Below are positions 16,782 to 25,504 of a stretch of DNA of 64,000 nt, one piece after another. The stretch is from Candidatus Saccharibacteria bacterium UBA6258 (lineage in GTDB: Bacteria > Patescibacteriota > Saccharimonadia > Saccharimonadales > Saccharimonadaceae). Each line of letters starts with the position of its first letter. Positions within the stretch are counted from its first letter, which is position 1. The DNA lies in the NCBI GenBank assembly GCA_002441145.1, contig DJVK01000006.1, forward strand, positions 41 to 64,040, read 5' to 3'. A program made the translations under genes and the position numbers. Below the pieces are notes generated by a model, which made no database searches, was not told the origin of the DNA, and saw only the letters and a program-made list of their open reading frames with translations.

Positions 16782-18107
16782 TTGATACAATTAATGATAC
16801 GTACTCGAGAGGTTGAGTTCGACACAAATATGAGCCCATTACAGATAACATCACGTAAGTATCACGCTATATTCTTCGCAGTGCTTTGTGCACTTGCGCT
16901 TTTTGGTATATACGCAGCGACCATTCGTAGCGCTCATGCCGAATCGAGTGTCGTATCAGCTGACGAGCATATCATTACTTTGCACGATGACGGTATCGAG
17001 CGCGGATTTATCACTGGCGCTAAAACGCTACGTGCAGCTTTGCAAGAGGCTGATATTCGGTTGGATGAAAACGACCGTACCGAACCTGGGCTCGACGAAC
17101 CACTGGTTGCCCCATCATATGAAGTGAATATTTACCGAGCTCGACCGGTCATTATCCGCGACGGTAGCTCTGAAACGAAAGTGATTACTGCCTATCGTAC
17201 CGGCGAACAAATTGCCAAACAGGCTGATATATCGTTGCAAGACGAAGATGTCATCGCCTTGACACCGTCACGCGATATTATCGCCGATGGTGCGGCAGAG
17301 ATTATGACAATCGACCGAGCGACGCCGTTCACCTTTGTATTTTATGGCAAGACAACGCAAAGCTACACCCAAGCGACAACTGTTGCTGAAATGCTGAAAG
17401 AAAAGAGCATCACCATGACTGCTGCAGACGTAGCGCAGCCAAGTGGATCGACGCCGATTGTCGCAGGCATGACTATCAGCTTATGGCGTAACGGTATTCA
17501 GACTGTCACTCACGAAGAAGATATTGCGTTTGAGACCGAACAGGTTCGCGACGTCAACCGCGAGCGCGGCTATAAGGAAGTTAAAACACCTGGTGTTAAC
17601 GGTAAGCGTACAGTAACGTATGAAATTAATATGCTTAATGGCGTTGAGGTGTCGCGCAAAGAAATTAATAGTAACGTTACGACTCAACCGGTCAAGCAAG
17701 TAGAAATAATTGGTGCAAAGGGAAGCTTTACGACCCCAAGCGAGAACGAAAAAATTACATGGGGATTCTTGATTAGCCAAGGCTTTAGTCGCGAGCAAAC
17801 GGCGGGCATTATGGGTAACCTAAAGCAAGAACATGGATTTAGGACTGACGGTGATGGCTTAGCGCAGTGGACCGGTGGCCGAAAAGCGGCATTGATGGCA
17901 TTGCCTGATCCATACAACATTTACACGCAATTAGAATTTATGATGAGCGAATTGAACGGTCGCTATAGTGGCGCTAAGAATGCGATTCTGGTATCGACAA
18001 CAGTTGAAGCTGCGACTATTGCATTCCAAAACAAGTACGAAGGCTGTGGTATCTGTGTACAAGACCGTCGTATTCAATACGCCTACGATATATTGGCGAG
18101 TCATTAG
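16782..18107 (+). CDS. membrane-anchored cell-wall hydrolase: DUF348 repeats + G5 domain + phage-tail-lysozyme-like C-domain
   Basis: TM helix FFAVLCALALFGIY. G5-like KTPGVNGKRTVTYE...VKQVEIIGAK. C-terminal TAGIMGNLKQEHGF. The start is uncertain (TTG 16782, ATG 16794 or ATG 16830). Confidence 0.8.
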   Translation: MIQLMIRTREVEFDTNMSPLQITSRKYHAIFFAVLCALALFGIYAATIRSAHAESSVVSADEHIITLHDDGIERGFITGAKTLRAALQEADIRLDENDRTEPGLDEPLVAPSYEVNIYRARPVIIRDGSSETKVITAYRTGEQIAKQADISLQDEDVIALTPSRDIIADGAAEIMTIDRATPFTFVFYGKTTQSYTQATTVAEMLKEKSITMTAADVAQPSGSTPIVAGMTISLWRNGIQTVTHEEDIAFETEQVRDVNRERGYKEVKTPGVNGKRTVTYEINMLNGVEVSRKEINSNVTTQPVKQVEIIGAKGSFTTPSENEKITWGFLISQGFSREQTAGIMGNLKQEHGFRTDGDGLAQWTGGRKAALMALPDPYNIYTQLEFMMSELNGRYSGAKNAILVSTTVEAATIAFQNKYEGCGICVQDRRIQYAYDILASH

Positions 18108-18108
18108 T

Positions 18109-18879
18109 ATGCCGACGAACAAGTCTCTTGGTCAACACTGGCTACATGATCGCGATATCCTTGCAGAAATTGCCGATGCTGCTGAACTAACACTTACAGA
18201 TACCGTACTTGAAATAGGCCCAGGGCTCGGTACACTTACTAGTGAAATCTTACGCCAGGCTAACAATGTAGTGGCGGTAGAATTCGATAGTGAACTCGCG
18301 CGTAAACTACCTGGCCAGTTCCCGGGTAAAAACCTAACCGTCGTCAATCACGACATCCTTACTTACGACCTCGATACATTGCCCGCTGGTTATAAGGTTG
18401 TCGCAAATGTGCCGTACTATATTACGAGCAAAATCGTACAAAAACTGATGACTGCAAAGAACAAGCCGTCAATCGCCGTCATGTTAGTTCAAAAAGAGGT
18501 CGCCGAGCGTATTGCCGCAAAACCAGGTGATATGAGCATCCTAGCAGTCAGCGCGCAGATATACGCAACAGCAGAACTCGGCATCAAGGTGCCGGCTAAA
18601 TATTTTACTCCTCCACCTAAGGTTGATTCACAGGTCATTATTTTAAAAACACGAGACGAGCCTTTTGTCGCCGCTGAAGATGAACGCGCGCTGTTCCGCG
18701 TTGTCAAAGCGGGCTTTAGCGCTAAGCGTAAAAAGCTCCGCTCTTCTATATCTGCAGGGTTAGCAATCAGCAAGCCAGCAGCCGAAGAATTATTACGCCA
18801 CGCTAATATCGACCCCGAACAGCGGGCCGAAGATTTGTCGCTCGAAGACTGGCGCCGTTTAGCACGCGACGCTGTTTAG
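18109..18879 (+). CDS. rsmA: 16S rRNA (adenine1518/1519-N6)-dimethyltransferase
   Basis: MPTNKSLGQHWLHD start, with the ATG at 18109 two nt after the upstream stop. LEIGPGLGTLT SAM motif. The track ORF extension from 17968 overlaps the preceding gene. Confidence 0.9.
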   Translation: MPTNKSLGQHWLHDRDILAEIADAAELTLTDTVLEIGPGLGTLTSEILRQANNVVAVEFDSELARKLPGQFPGKNLTVVNHDILTYDLDTLPAGYKVVANVPYYITSKIVQKLMTAKNKPSIAVMLVQKEVAERIAAKPGDMSILAVSAQIYATAELGIKVPAKYFTPPPKVDSQVIILKTRDEPFVAAEDERALFRVVKAGFSAKRKKLRSSISAGLAISKPAAEELLRHANIDPEQRAEDLSLEDWRRLARDAV

Positions 18880-18959
18880 AGTTGACTCGCTGGCTCTTGT
18901 CTGGCTTAATTATAGATGAGGTATCCACCTAGATTGCCCTACTCGAAAGAGGAAGAGAA

Positions 18960-19268
18960 ATGGACGCTGTGAAGGTCGTAAAAGATGGAATGACTCGAAC
19001 CTATTGGTTCGAAGAGCCAGTGTTCGCTTGTGCGCACACATGGGCGAATCTCAATGTTCCATTCAACAAGCTACGCTGTGAACACAGGATCTGCCAAGTG
19101 CGCGTCGCCAGACTACTGCGCGTCAATGGCGTATTCTACGTCGGTGCCGGCAGCTTGAACGAGCGCGCCTTGTTCATCACTCTTGTCAAAGGCGCTGATT
19201 GGGATGCGGTCGAGCCAGAGGTCATAGGTATAATCGAGACCTTTGAGCCCGCGGTCTTGGACCAATAG
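18960..19268 (+). CDS. orphan hypothetical protein (102 aa), modestly GC-elevated
   Basis: AGAGGAAGAG purine run before the ATG. No family recognised. Followed by its own GC-rich hairpin. Confidence 0.55.
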   Translation: MDAVKVVKDGMTRTYWFEEPVFACAHTWANLNVPFNKLRCEHRICQVRVARLLRVNGVFYVGAGSLNERALFITLVKGADWDAVEPEVIGIIETFEPAVLDQ

Positions 19269-19278
19269 TCCTCATACT

Positions 19279-19319
19279 CCCGTTTCCTTCTGCAGGGCGT
19301 CCGCTCCGGAAGGGACGGG
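19279..19319 (+). terminator. GC-rich hairpin after the orphan ORF
   Basis: CCCGTTTCCTTC...GGAAGGGACGGG imperfect 12-bp stem with only a weak T tract. Confidence 0.45.
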
Positions 19320-19340
19320 CGCTTTGCTATAATAAGGACA

Positions 19341-20078
19341 ATGATTCAGACAGATCAACCGACTTGTTTTCCGCCTGGCGTGTTAGTGCGCGTCTCTTCA
19401 AAGTATAATGGTACAGTATTAAACAAAGCCGTCGGCACGCACGAAGGTGTTGGTATGACTAATCGCCAACAATTTTGTAGCGATAACGGCGTAGAGTATC
19501 GTAACGTTGTGTACCAGCGGATCAAATATGGCGATGATCATACCTACGACGTGATAACTGATGTCGACGCATCCGATACGACTGAGTATGTTAGCGAGCG
19601 CGCTGGTGACGCACTATTTACACGTTCAGTAGGCGTAGGGCTCTTTTTGCCCGTCGCTGATTGTATTGCAACGGTTATTTATGACCCGTCACATAAATAT
19701 TTGGCTTTGCTGCACCTCGGCAGGCATTCAACGATGGCTAATCTTATGAGTAAGACTATAGACCATTTCGTAGAGCGGGGCAGTAAGGCCGAAGAGTTGA
19801 TTATCTGGATGGCGCCAAGCGTCCAGAAATCGCACTATGTCATGCAATACTTTGACCACAAGGATGAACCGGAATGGCAGGGGTACGTAGAGGTTAGAGA
19901 TGACGGAATTTATTTAGACTTGCACGGGTATAACCATAGTCAAGCTCTCGAACATGGTGTATTGGCTAAAAATATCCATCAATCAGATGTAAATACGGCG
20001 ATTCACCCAGATTACTACTCACATTCTCAGGGTGATAAGACCGGTCGTTTCGCCGTGCTCGCTATAATCCAGTCTTGA
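19341..20078 (+). CDS. pgeF: polyphenol-oxidase/laccase-domain protein (YfiH/PgeF, DUF152 family)
   Basis: ADCIATVIYDP, LHLGRHS, and a C-terminal YYSHSQGDKTGRF pattern typical of the family. Confidence 0.75.
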   Translation: MIQTDQPTCFPPGVLVRVSSKYNGTVLNKAVGTHEGVGMTNRQQFCSDNGVEYRNVVYQRIKYGDDHTYDVITDVDASDTTEYVSERAGDALFTRSVGVGLFLPVADCIATVIYDPSHKYLALLHLGRHSTMANLMSKTIDHFVERGSKAEELIIWMAPSVQKSHYVMQYFDHKDEPEWQGYVEVRDDGIYLDLHGYNHSQALEHGVLAKNIHQSDVNTAIHPDYYSHSQGDKTGRFAVLAIIQS

Positions 20079-20595
20079 CGTTACGATAGTAACTAGAAGA
20101 ATAGTTTGGGCCGAGAGTAGGTGCGGTACATTCGCCGTCGCTAAACGTCTTAACTTCTCCTGATTCGAGTCGGTAAAGTATAAGGTACATCTGTGCGTTC
20201 GGTACACCACAATATTGACCGGAGTAGTATGCGTAGTTAAAGTTGCCAGCGTTCGTTACTGAGCCGACATTATTCTTTGGATCAATTGGCAACTTGTCAA
20301 TCGCCTGTACGCTTTGCAGTTCAGAATTAAACGTGTTCCAGCTGGTAGTATCTGAACTGTACCAAGATGAATTTACTGTAGAGTTAGTTCCGGTAGGATC
20401 TGGATAAGAACCTACCTCATCGTAGTAAATCTCGAGAGCTTTGGCTATATTTGCAACGTCTGTTAGACGCTTGGTGTCGCGACTGCGTTGCTGGAACGCA
20501 TTATACGATCCGAGTACGATCGCTGCGATAATACCAATTACTGCAATGACGATGGCTAGTTCTACGAGCGTGAAACCGCTTCTGCTTTTTGTCAT
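20062..20595 (-). CDS. type IV pilin-like protein
   Basis: MTKSRSG/FTLVELAIVIAVIGIIAAI starting at the ATG at 20595. The track ORF extension to 20745 overlaps metG. Confidence 0.85.
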   Translation of the reverse strand: MTKSRSGFTLVELAIVIAVIGIIAAIVLGSYNAFQQRSRDTKRLTDVANIAKALEIYYDEVGSYPDPTGTNSTVNSSWYSSDTTSWNTFNSELQSVQAIDKLPIDPKNNVGSVTNAGNFNYAYYSGQYCGVPNAQMYLILYRLESGEVKTFSDGECTAPTLGPNYSSSYYRNVKTGL

Positions 20596-20680
20596 AGTTG
20601 TAGTATACCGATTTACTCCCGCATTCCACAAGTGTTGCCTACTATCACAATCTATGGTACCTCTGGTATAATTAAATGTA

Positions 20681-22165
20681 ATGGGAAAAAATCTATACAT
20701 AACAACTGCAATTCCGTACGTCAACGGCACGCCGCATATTGGCAACGCCCTTGATTATCTTTTGGCCGACATCTGGACGCGCTATCAAAAACAAAATGGG
20801 CGCGAAGTGCGGTTCCAAGTGGGCACCGATGAGCATGGTAATAAAATTGCCGCAAAAGCAGCTGAAAATAACATGGATCCACAGGCCTATGTCGACAGTA
20901 TGTACGGCAACTTCCAAATACTCATGGGTGCGCTGGGTGCGGAGTATACCGACTTTGTCCGTACCACCGACGGTCACCACAAAGGGGCGGTTCAGTATTT
21001 ATGGCAACAGCTCGAACCTTACATTTATAAGGGTTCATATGAAGGCTGGTACTGTGTAGGCTGTGAAGCATTCGTTACCGATAAAGAGGCGACTGAAAAT
21101 AACGGTATTTGCCCTGACCATAATCAGCCTTACCAACGCCTTAGCGAAGAAAACTTTTACTTAAAATCAAGCGCATTTACCGATAAGATTCGCGAAGCGA
21201 TCGAAACCAACAAGATGCGTATAATTCCCGAATTCCGTAAAAAGGAATTCCTCGAACTTATTAAGGATGGCGTGCAAGACGTTTCGATTTCGCGACCGCG
21301 CAAACACCTCAGTTGGGGAGTTGGCGTGCCTGGCGATGACACGCAAGTCATGTATGTTTGGCTTGATGCCTTGGCGAACTACATAACGGTTCTTGGTTAC
21401 CCAGACAATGAACAATGGAAAGAATTTTGGCCAGCAGACGTACAGGTTGTTGGTAAAGACATCCTTCGTTTCCACGCGGGTATATGGCCGGCGATGTTGC
21501 TTGGTATTGGCCTTTCGTTGCCAAAAGTATTGCTCGTTCATGGTCACGTTAACGTAGCTGGTGCAAAAATGAGCAAGTCGGTGGGTAACGTCGTTAATCC
21601 TATGGAAGTTATCGAAGGCTATGGTGCCGATGCGTTTAGGTACTACTTTGCACGTCATATTGCGACGCAAGATGACGGTGACTTTACGTGGGAGAAGTTT
21701 GAAACTGCCTATAACTCAGAACTTGGTAATGATTTGGGAAATTTGGTACAACGCGTCGCGTCGATGATCACTCGCTATCAAGCAGGTGTTATTGGCGAGG
21801 CGTCACAATCTGAACACGACATGGGTCCTTACCGTGAAGCGATGCAAAAGTTTGAATTTAATAAAGCAGTCGATGAAGTATGGTTGACTGTCCGTTCACT
21901 TAACCAATACCTCGAAAACGTAAAGCCATGGGAAATCGCCAAGAACCGCGAAAAAGACACTGAAGCAGCCGAGCACCTCAGTGAAGTGTTAGCGTATGCA
22001 TCAAGCACTCTCGTCCAAGTTGCCGACCTATTAGCGCCGTTCATGCCAACGACGTCGAAAGCAATCCATGAATTATTCGAAACCGGAGTCGTCCCGGCAC
22101 AGCTTACGCCACTGTTCCCAAAGGTCTACTTGCATACTCAAGACCCACGCGCGCCAAAGGCATAA
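20681..22165 (+). CDS. metG: methionyl-tRNA synthetase (short form, no C-terminal tRNA-binding appendix)
   Basis: HIGH-type PHIGNALDY and KMSKS motifs; 494 aa. Confidence 0.95.
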   Translation: MGKNLYITTAIPYVNGTPHIGNALDYLLADIWTRYQKQNGREVRFQVGTDEHGNKIAAKAAENNMDPQAYVDSMYGNFQILMGALGAEYTDFVRTTDGHHKGAVQYLWQQLEPYIYKGSYEGWYCVGCEAFVTDKEATENNGICPDHNQPYQRLSEENFYLKSSAFTDKIREAIETNKMRIIPEFRKKEFLELIKDGVQDVSISRPRKHLSWGVGVPGDDTQVMYVWLDALANYITVLGYPDNEQWKEFWPADVQVVGKDILRFHAGIWPAMLLGIGLSLPKVLLVHGHVNVAGAKMSKSVGNVVNPMEVIEGYGADAFRYYFARHIATQDDGDFTWEKFETAYNSELGNDLGNLVQRVASMITRYQAGVIGEASQSEHDMGPYREAMQKFEFNKAVDEVWLTVRSLNQYLENVKPWEIAKNREKDTEAAEHLSEVLAYASSTLVQVADLLAPFMPTTSKAIHELFETGVVPAQLTPLFPKVYLHTQDPRAPKA

Positions 22166-22168
22166 TGT

Positions 22169-22921
22169 ATGCTGATTGATACGCATTGCCATATCCACGA
22201 CTCTGAATTTTATTTAGAAAACAGGGAAGAGGCTTATAAAGAATCGGTAGATGCCGACGTAACAATGATTTGCGTGGGCACCGACGAACGAAGCTCGCGT
22301 GAGGTTGTTGACTTTGTCGCGACTCACGATCGTACATACGGTATCGTCGGCGTTCATCCGCACGAAGCAAAGCATGGATGGAGCGATATCGAACGAATTC
22401 TCAGTGAGGACCACGAAAAGATTATCGGTATCGGCGAGATTGGGTTAGATTATTTTTATAGCCATAGCACTAAAGAGATTCAGATTGAGGCGCTTGAAGC
22501 GCAATTACAGCTCGCGCTTACGTACGATTTGCCCGTTAGCTTCCATGTTCGCGAGGCCTTTGATGACTTTTGGCCGATTTTCGACCAATACCCTGGTATC
22601 CGTGGCGTATTGCATAGTTTTACCGATACGCAGCAGAATCTTGATAAAGCGTTGGAGCGGGGCTTATATATTGGTATTAACGGCATAAGCACGTTCACTA
22701 AGGATGAATTGCAAAAAGAGGTCTATAAAAACGTCCCAATCGAGCATATTCTGCTCGAAACTGACGCTCCCTTCTTGACGCCTGCTCCATTACGTGGTAA
22801 AATGAACTTACCAGCGTATGTAGGTAGAGTCGCGGAGCATCAGGCGATGCTAAAAAGTGTTCTGCCTGATGAGATAATCCGACGCACTACTCAAAACGCC
22901 AAGGTGTTGTTTAGGATTTAA
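22169..22921 (+). CDS. TatD-family metal-dependent hydrolase/DNase
   Basis: LIDTHCHI, GEIGLDY and ETDAPFL motifs. Confidence 0.9.
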   Translation: MLIDTHCHIHDSEFYLENREEAYKESVDADVTMICVGTDERSSREVVDFVATHDRTYGIVGVHPHEAKHGWSDIERILSEDHEKIIGIGEIGLDYFYSHSTKEIQIEALEAQLQLALTYDLPVSFHVREAFDDFWPIFDQYPGIRGVLHSFTDTQQNLDKALERGLYIGINGISTFTKDELQKEVYKNVPIEHILLETDAPFLTPAPLRGKMNLPAYVGRVAEHQAMLKSVLPDEIIRRTTQNAKVLFRI

Positions 22922-22923
22922 CT

Positions 22924-23289
22924 ATGATTACTACTACTCGAATAGATGACTACCCGAGCCCATTCTTGCCTGAAGAAGGTCGTGATTTTCGTGACTTTAT
23001 AGAGGCTGATTTGCCACCTAAGTCACCAGAAGGTGTCCAAGAGCTTACTCGCTCGGCATTTGCGCTTGCAGAATCTATCAGCACGTTTAGCCCTGAGAAC
23101 ATTGATCCGAAACGGGTTGAATTTGGTAATACGGTAGTAGCACTTACAGAAGTGACAGACCAACGCGCGCTCAACCATGCCGAAGGTTTGTTATCAAACT
23201 CACTGTCTGCTGTTAATGAACGCATCTTAACTTATCGTAAGCTCGAGCAGCAAGATGTAAGGCAGCAAGATCTCGATCTGGCTGCATAA
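22924..23289 (+). CDS. hypothetical protein (121 aa)
   Basis: Tightly packed ORF 2 nt after tatD. No family recognised. Confidence 0.6.
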   Translation: MITTTRIDDYPSPFLPEEGRDFRDFIEADLPPKSPEGVQELTRSAFALAESISTFSPENIDPKRVEFGNTVVALTEVTDQRALNHAEGLLSNSLSAVNERILTYRKLEQQDVRQQDLDLAA

Positions 23290-23298
23290 AGGACGTTT

Positions 23299-23730
23299 AT
23301 GCCTACCATATTTCAAAAAGCACTTAACCTACTCATCGGCGATCCTGCTGACTTTGAGTTGATGCGTGTCCCTAAAGGACGCCCGTTAAAGCATTTAACC
23401 GAACGTGAACTCTTGCGGCTCGAAAGCGAAATTGGCTCGCAACTATTTGGCCCAGTTCCACGCGGTCGTCGTCGTGAATTCTTTTGCCTAGATGAAAATG
23501 CATGGATTTGGCATGAAGAATGGATTGACGAGCACCGCAAGCTTAAGGTGAGCACTATACGCTACGAGATTCAAGACAAGGGCGTGCTAAAGGTGCAAGA
23601 AGGTGCGCGCTACAGCTACCTAGATGGCGAAGAACTACGCAATTTCGTACTAGCTGTACGAATGTACCACGAACGTGTCGCTCGCGAAGTCTATCATCGC
23701 GACCCTGAAACCGGCCAAAAACTGGTATAA
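23299..23730 (+). CDS. hypothetical protein (143 aa)
   Basis: ORF 9 nt after the previous one; basic, W-rich core FFCLDENAWIWHEEWIDEH. No family recognised. Confidence 0.6.
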   Translation: MPTIFQKALNLLIGDPADFELMRVPKGRPLKHLTERELLRLESEIGSQLFGPVPRGRRREFFCLDENAWIWHEEWIDEHRKLKVSTIRYEIQDKGVLKVQEGARYSYLDGEELRNFVLAVRMYHERVAREVYHRDPETGQKLV

Positions 23731-23738
23731 TTAAGCTA

Positions 23739-24893
23739 GTGGATACTTCAATTTTGTATTTAGATCATGCTGCTTCGACGCCCATGGACGAGCGCGTATT
23801 GACTGCTATGCAGCCATATTTTTCTGATAAATTCTTTAATCCTTCGAGTCCGTATGCTCCAGCCGTCGCGGTACGTCGTGAATACGAAGATGCCAAGCAT
23901 CGATTGGCTATGTGCATCGGTGCAAAAGGTGATGAACTTATAATTACTGCTGGTGCGACTGAATCAATTAATTTGATGTTTGCCAGCGTCGCCGGGCACG
24001 TTGTGACAGCGAATATCGAGCACCATGCTGTTCTTGAGGCTGCCAAACGCCATGAATATACCTTAGTCGAATCTACCGAAAAGGGCATTGTTTTAGCCGA
24101 TACGATCCGCGCTGCAATTCGCCCAGACACTCAACTTGTCAGCGTAGCGCTTGCTAATAACGAGCTTGGCACTATTCAACCTTTGCGCGACATTGCCGAG
24201 GTTGTAAAGCATGAACGTACGCGACGTCTTGAGTCTGGCGATATGACGCCAATCTATTTACACACCGATGCTTCGCAGGGTGTTGGTCAGCTTGACGTTA
24301 ACGTTGCTCGCTTAGGTGTTGACGCGATGACGATTAACGCAGGTAAAATTTACGGGCCAAAACAAGTTGCATTATTATGGACCGCAAGTTATGTCCGTTT
24401 GGAGCCGCAGGTTGTTGGTGGCGGGCAAGAACGGGGGTTGCGTAGTGGTACAGAAAACGTTGCAGGTACGATCGGGTTCGCGACTGCCCTTGAACTTGCG
24501 ATGGACCACCGAAAGTTTGAGTCAGAGCGACTTACGAAGCTGCGTGACTCACTACAGGCGAAATTATTAACGGCATTTCCTACTGCCGTTGTTTCGGGTA
24601 GCCAAAAAAAGCGGCTTCCAGGCCACCTGCATATCTCATTCCCAAGTGTCGATGCAGAGCGTTTGATTTTTGCGTTAGAATCTAAGGGGGTACTTGTCGC
24701 GACCGGTAGCGCATGTGCCGCAAACAAGGGCACTCGTTCGCACGTGCTGACAGCGATTGGTCTTGCACCCGAAGTGGCGGATGGTAGCTTAAGGATCACG
24801 CTTGGGCGGCTGACGGACGACGTTGTTATTGAGCGCGCCGGCGAGCTACTGGTAGCTGCTATTACTCATGAAGTCGAGCGGAGTCGGGCATGA
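23739..24893 (+). CDS. cysteine desulfurase (class V aminotransferase, NifS/IscS/YrvO-like), GTG start
   Basis: PLP-lysine context INAGKIYGPK and active-site Cys context ATGSACAA. Confidence 0.9.
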   Translation: MDTSILYLDHAASTPMDERVLTAMQPYFSDKFFNPSSPYAPAVAVRREYEDAKHRLAMCIGAKGDELIITAGATESINLMFASVAGHVVTANIEHHAVLEAAKRHEYTLVESTEKGIVLADTIRAAIRPDTQLVSVALANNELGTIQPLRDIAEVVKHERTRRLESGDMTPIYLHTDASQGVGQLDVNVARLGVDAMTINAGKIYGPKQVALLWTASYVRLEPQVVGGGQERGLRSGTENVAGTIGFATALELAMDHRKFESERLTKLRDSLQAKLLTAFPTAVVSGSQKKRLPGHLHISFPSVDAERLIFALESKGVLVATGSACAANKGTRSHVLTAIGLAPEVADGSLRITLGRLTDDVVIERAGELLVAAITHEVERSRA

Positions 24894-25504
24894 ATTTTGT
24901 TAAGACAATAGCTGTAATTATTTTGATTTTCTTGGGAATCGTTTGGGGTATCGGTTCGTATTTAGCAGTTGATGACTTAAAAAAGTGTGACGCACAGCCG
25001 AACAGCGCGAGTGGGTGTGAGCCTGCGGACGCGATTATTGCCGTAAGCGGTGGTGATACAGCTGCGCGAGCCACTGAAGCCATTAAGTTGTACCAAAACG
25101 GTTGGGCAAAGTGGCTTGTATTTTCGGGCGCGGCAGCCGATAAATCTGGCCCAAGCAATGCGCTCGTTATGAAGCAATTAGCTATTGATGCCGGCGTGAG
25201 CCCAAGTAGTATTCTGATTGAAGAGCAGAGCGAGACGACAAAAGAAAACGCCGAAGAGACGAAGAGCATATTAGATCAGCATGAAATCAAGTCAGTAATT
25301 TTAGTAACATCCGCATACCACGAACGCCGTGCGACGCTCGAGTTTAATAAACGCGCCCTCGGCATTACGGTGCGCAGTCATCCTGTTGCCACCGACAAGC
25401 ATTGGAGCAAATTGTGGTGGTTGACGGCGACTGGCTGGAGCTTGGCGATTCCTGAATTTTTCCGTTCGTTAGTTATCTCTACGGGTGGAATCGATAGGTC
25501 ATGA
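24890..25504 (+). CDS. DUF218 (YdcF/ElyC-like) domain membrane protein
   Basis: N-terminal TM helix. VSGGDTAARATEAIKLYQNGWAKWLVFSG. ATGA overlaps at both ends. Confidence 0.8.
   Translation: MNFVKTIAVIILIFLGIVWGIGSYLAVDDLKKCDAQPNSASGCEPADAIIAVSGGDTAARATEAIKLYQNGWAKWLVFSGAAADKSGPSNALVMKQLAIDAGVSPSSILIEEQSETTKENAEETKSILDQHEIKSVILVTSAYHERRATLEFNKRALGITVRSHPVATDKHWSKLWWLTATGWSLAIPEFFRSLVISTGGIDRS

Noticed and set aside
17968-18108. 47-codon N-terminal extension of rsmA in the track ORF.
   Set aside because: It overlaps the 3' end of the G5/lysozyme gene. The conserved RsmA N-terminus begins at the ATG at 18109.
21167-21670. 167-aa minus-strand ORF. Similar antisense ORFs occur at 2519-2953, 31181-31630, 40466-40861, 48835-49314 and 51190-51603.
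   Set aside because: All lie inside strongly supported genes on the other strand (metG, the surface protein, the ftsA partner, uvrA, trhO, uvrC) and lack start signals.
19341-25504. Alternative genetic code (UGA reassignment, as in some CPR lineages).
   Set aside because: TGA closes pgeF (20078), the cysteine desulfurase (24893), DUF218 (25504) and crp (4832) at the expected protein ends. No well-known gene needs read-through of an in-frame TGA, so the standard code 11 fits.
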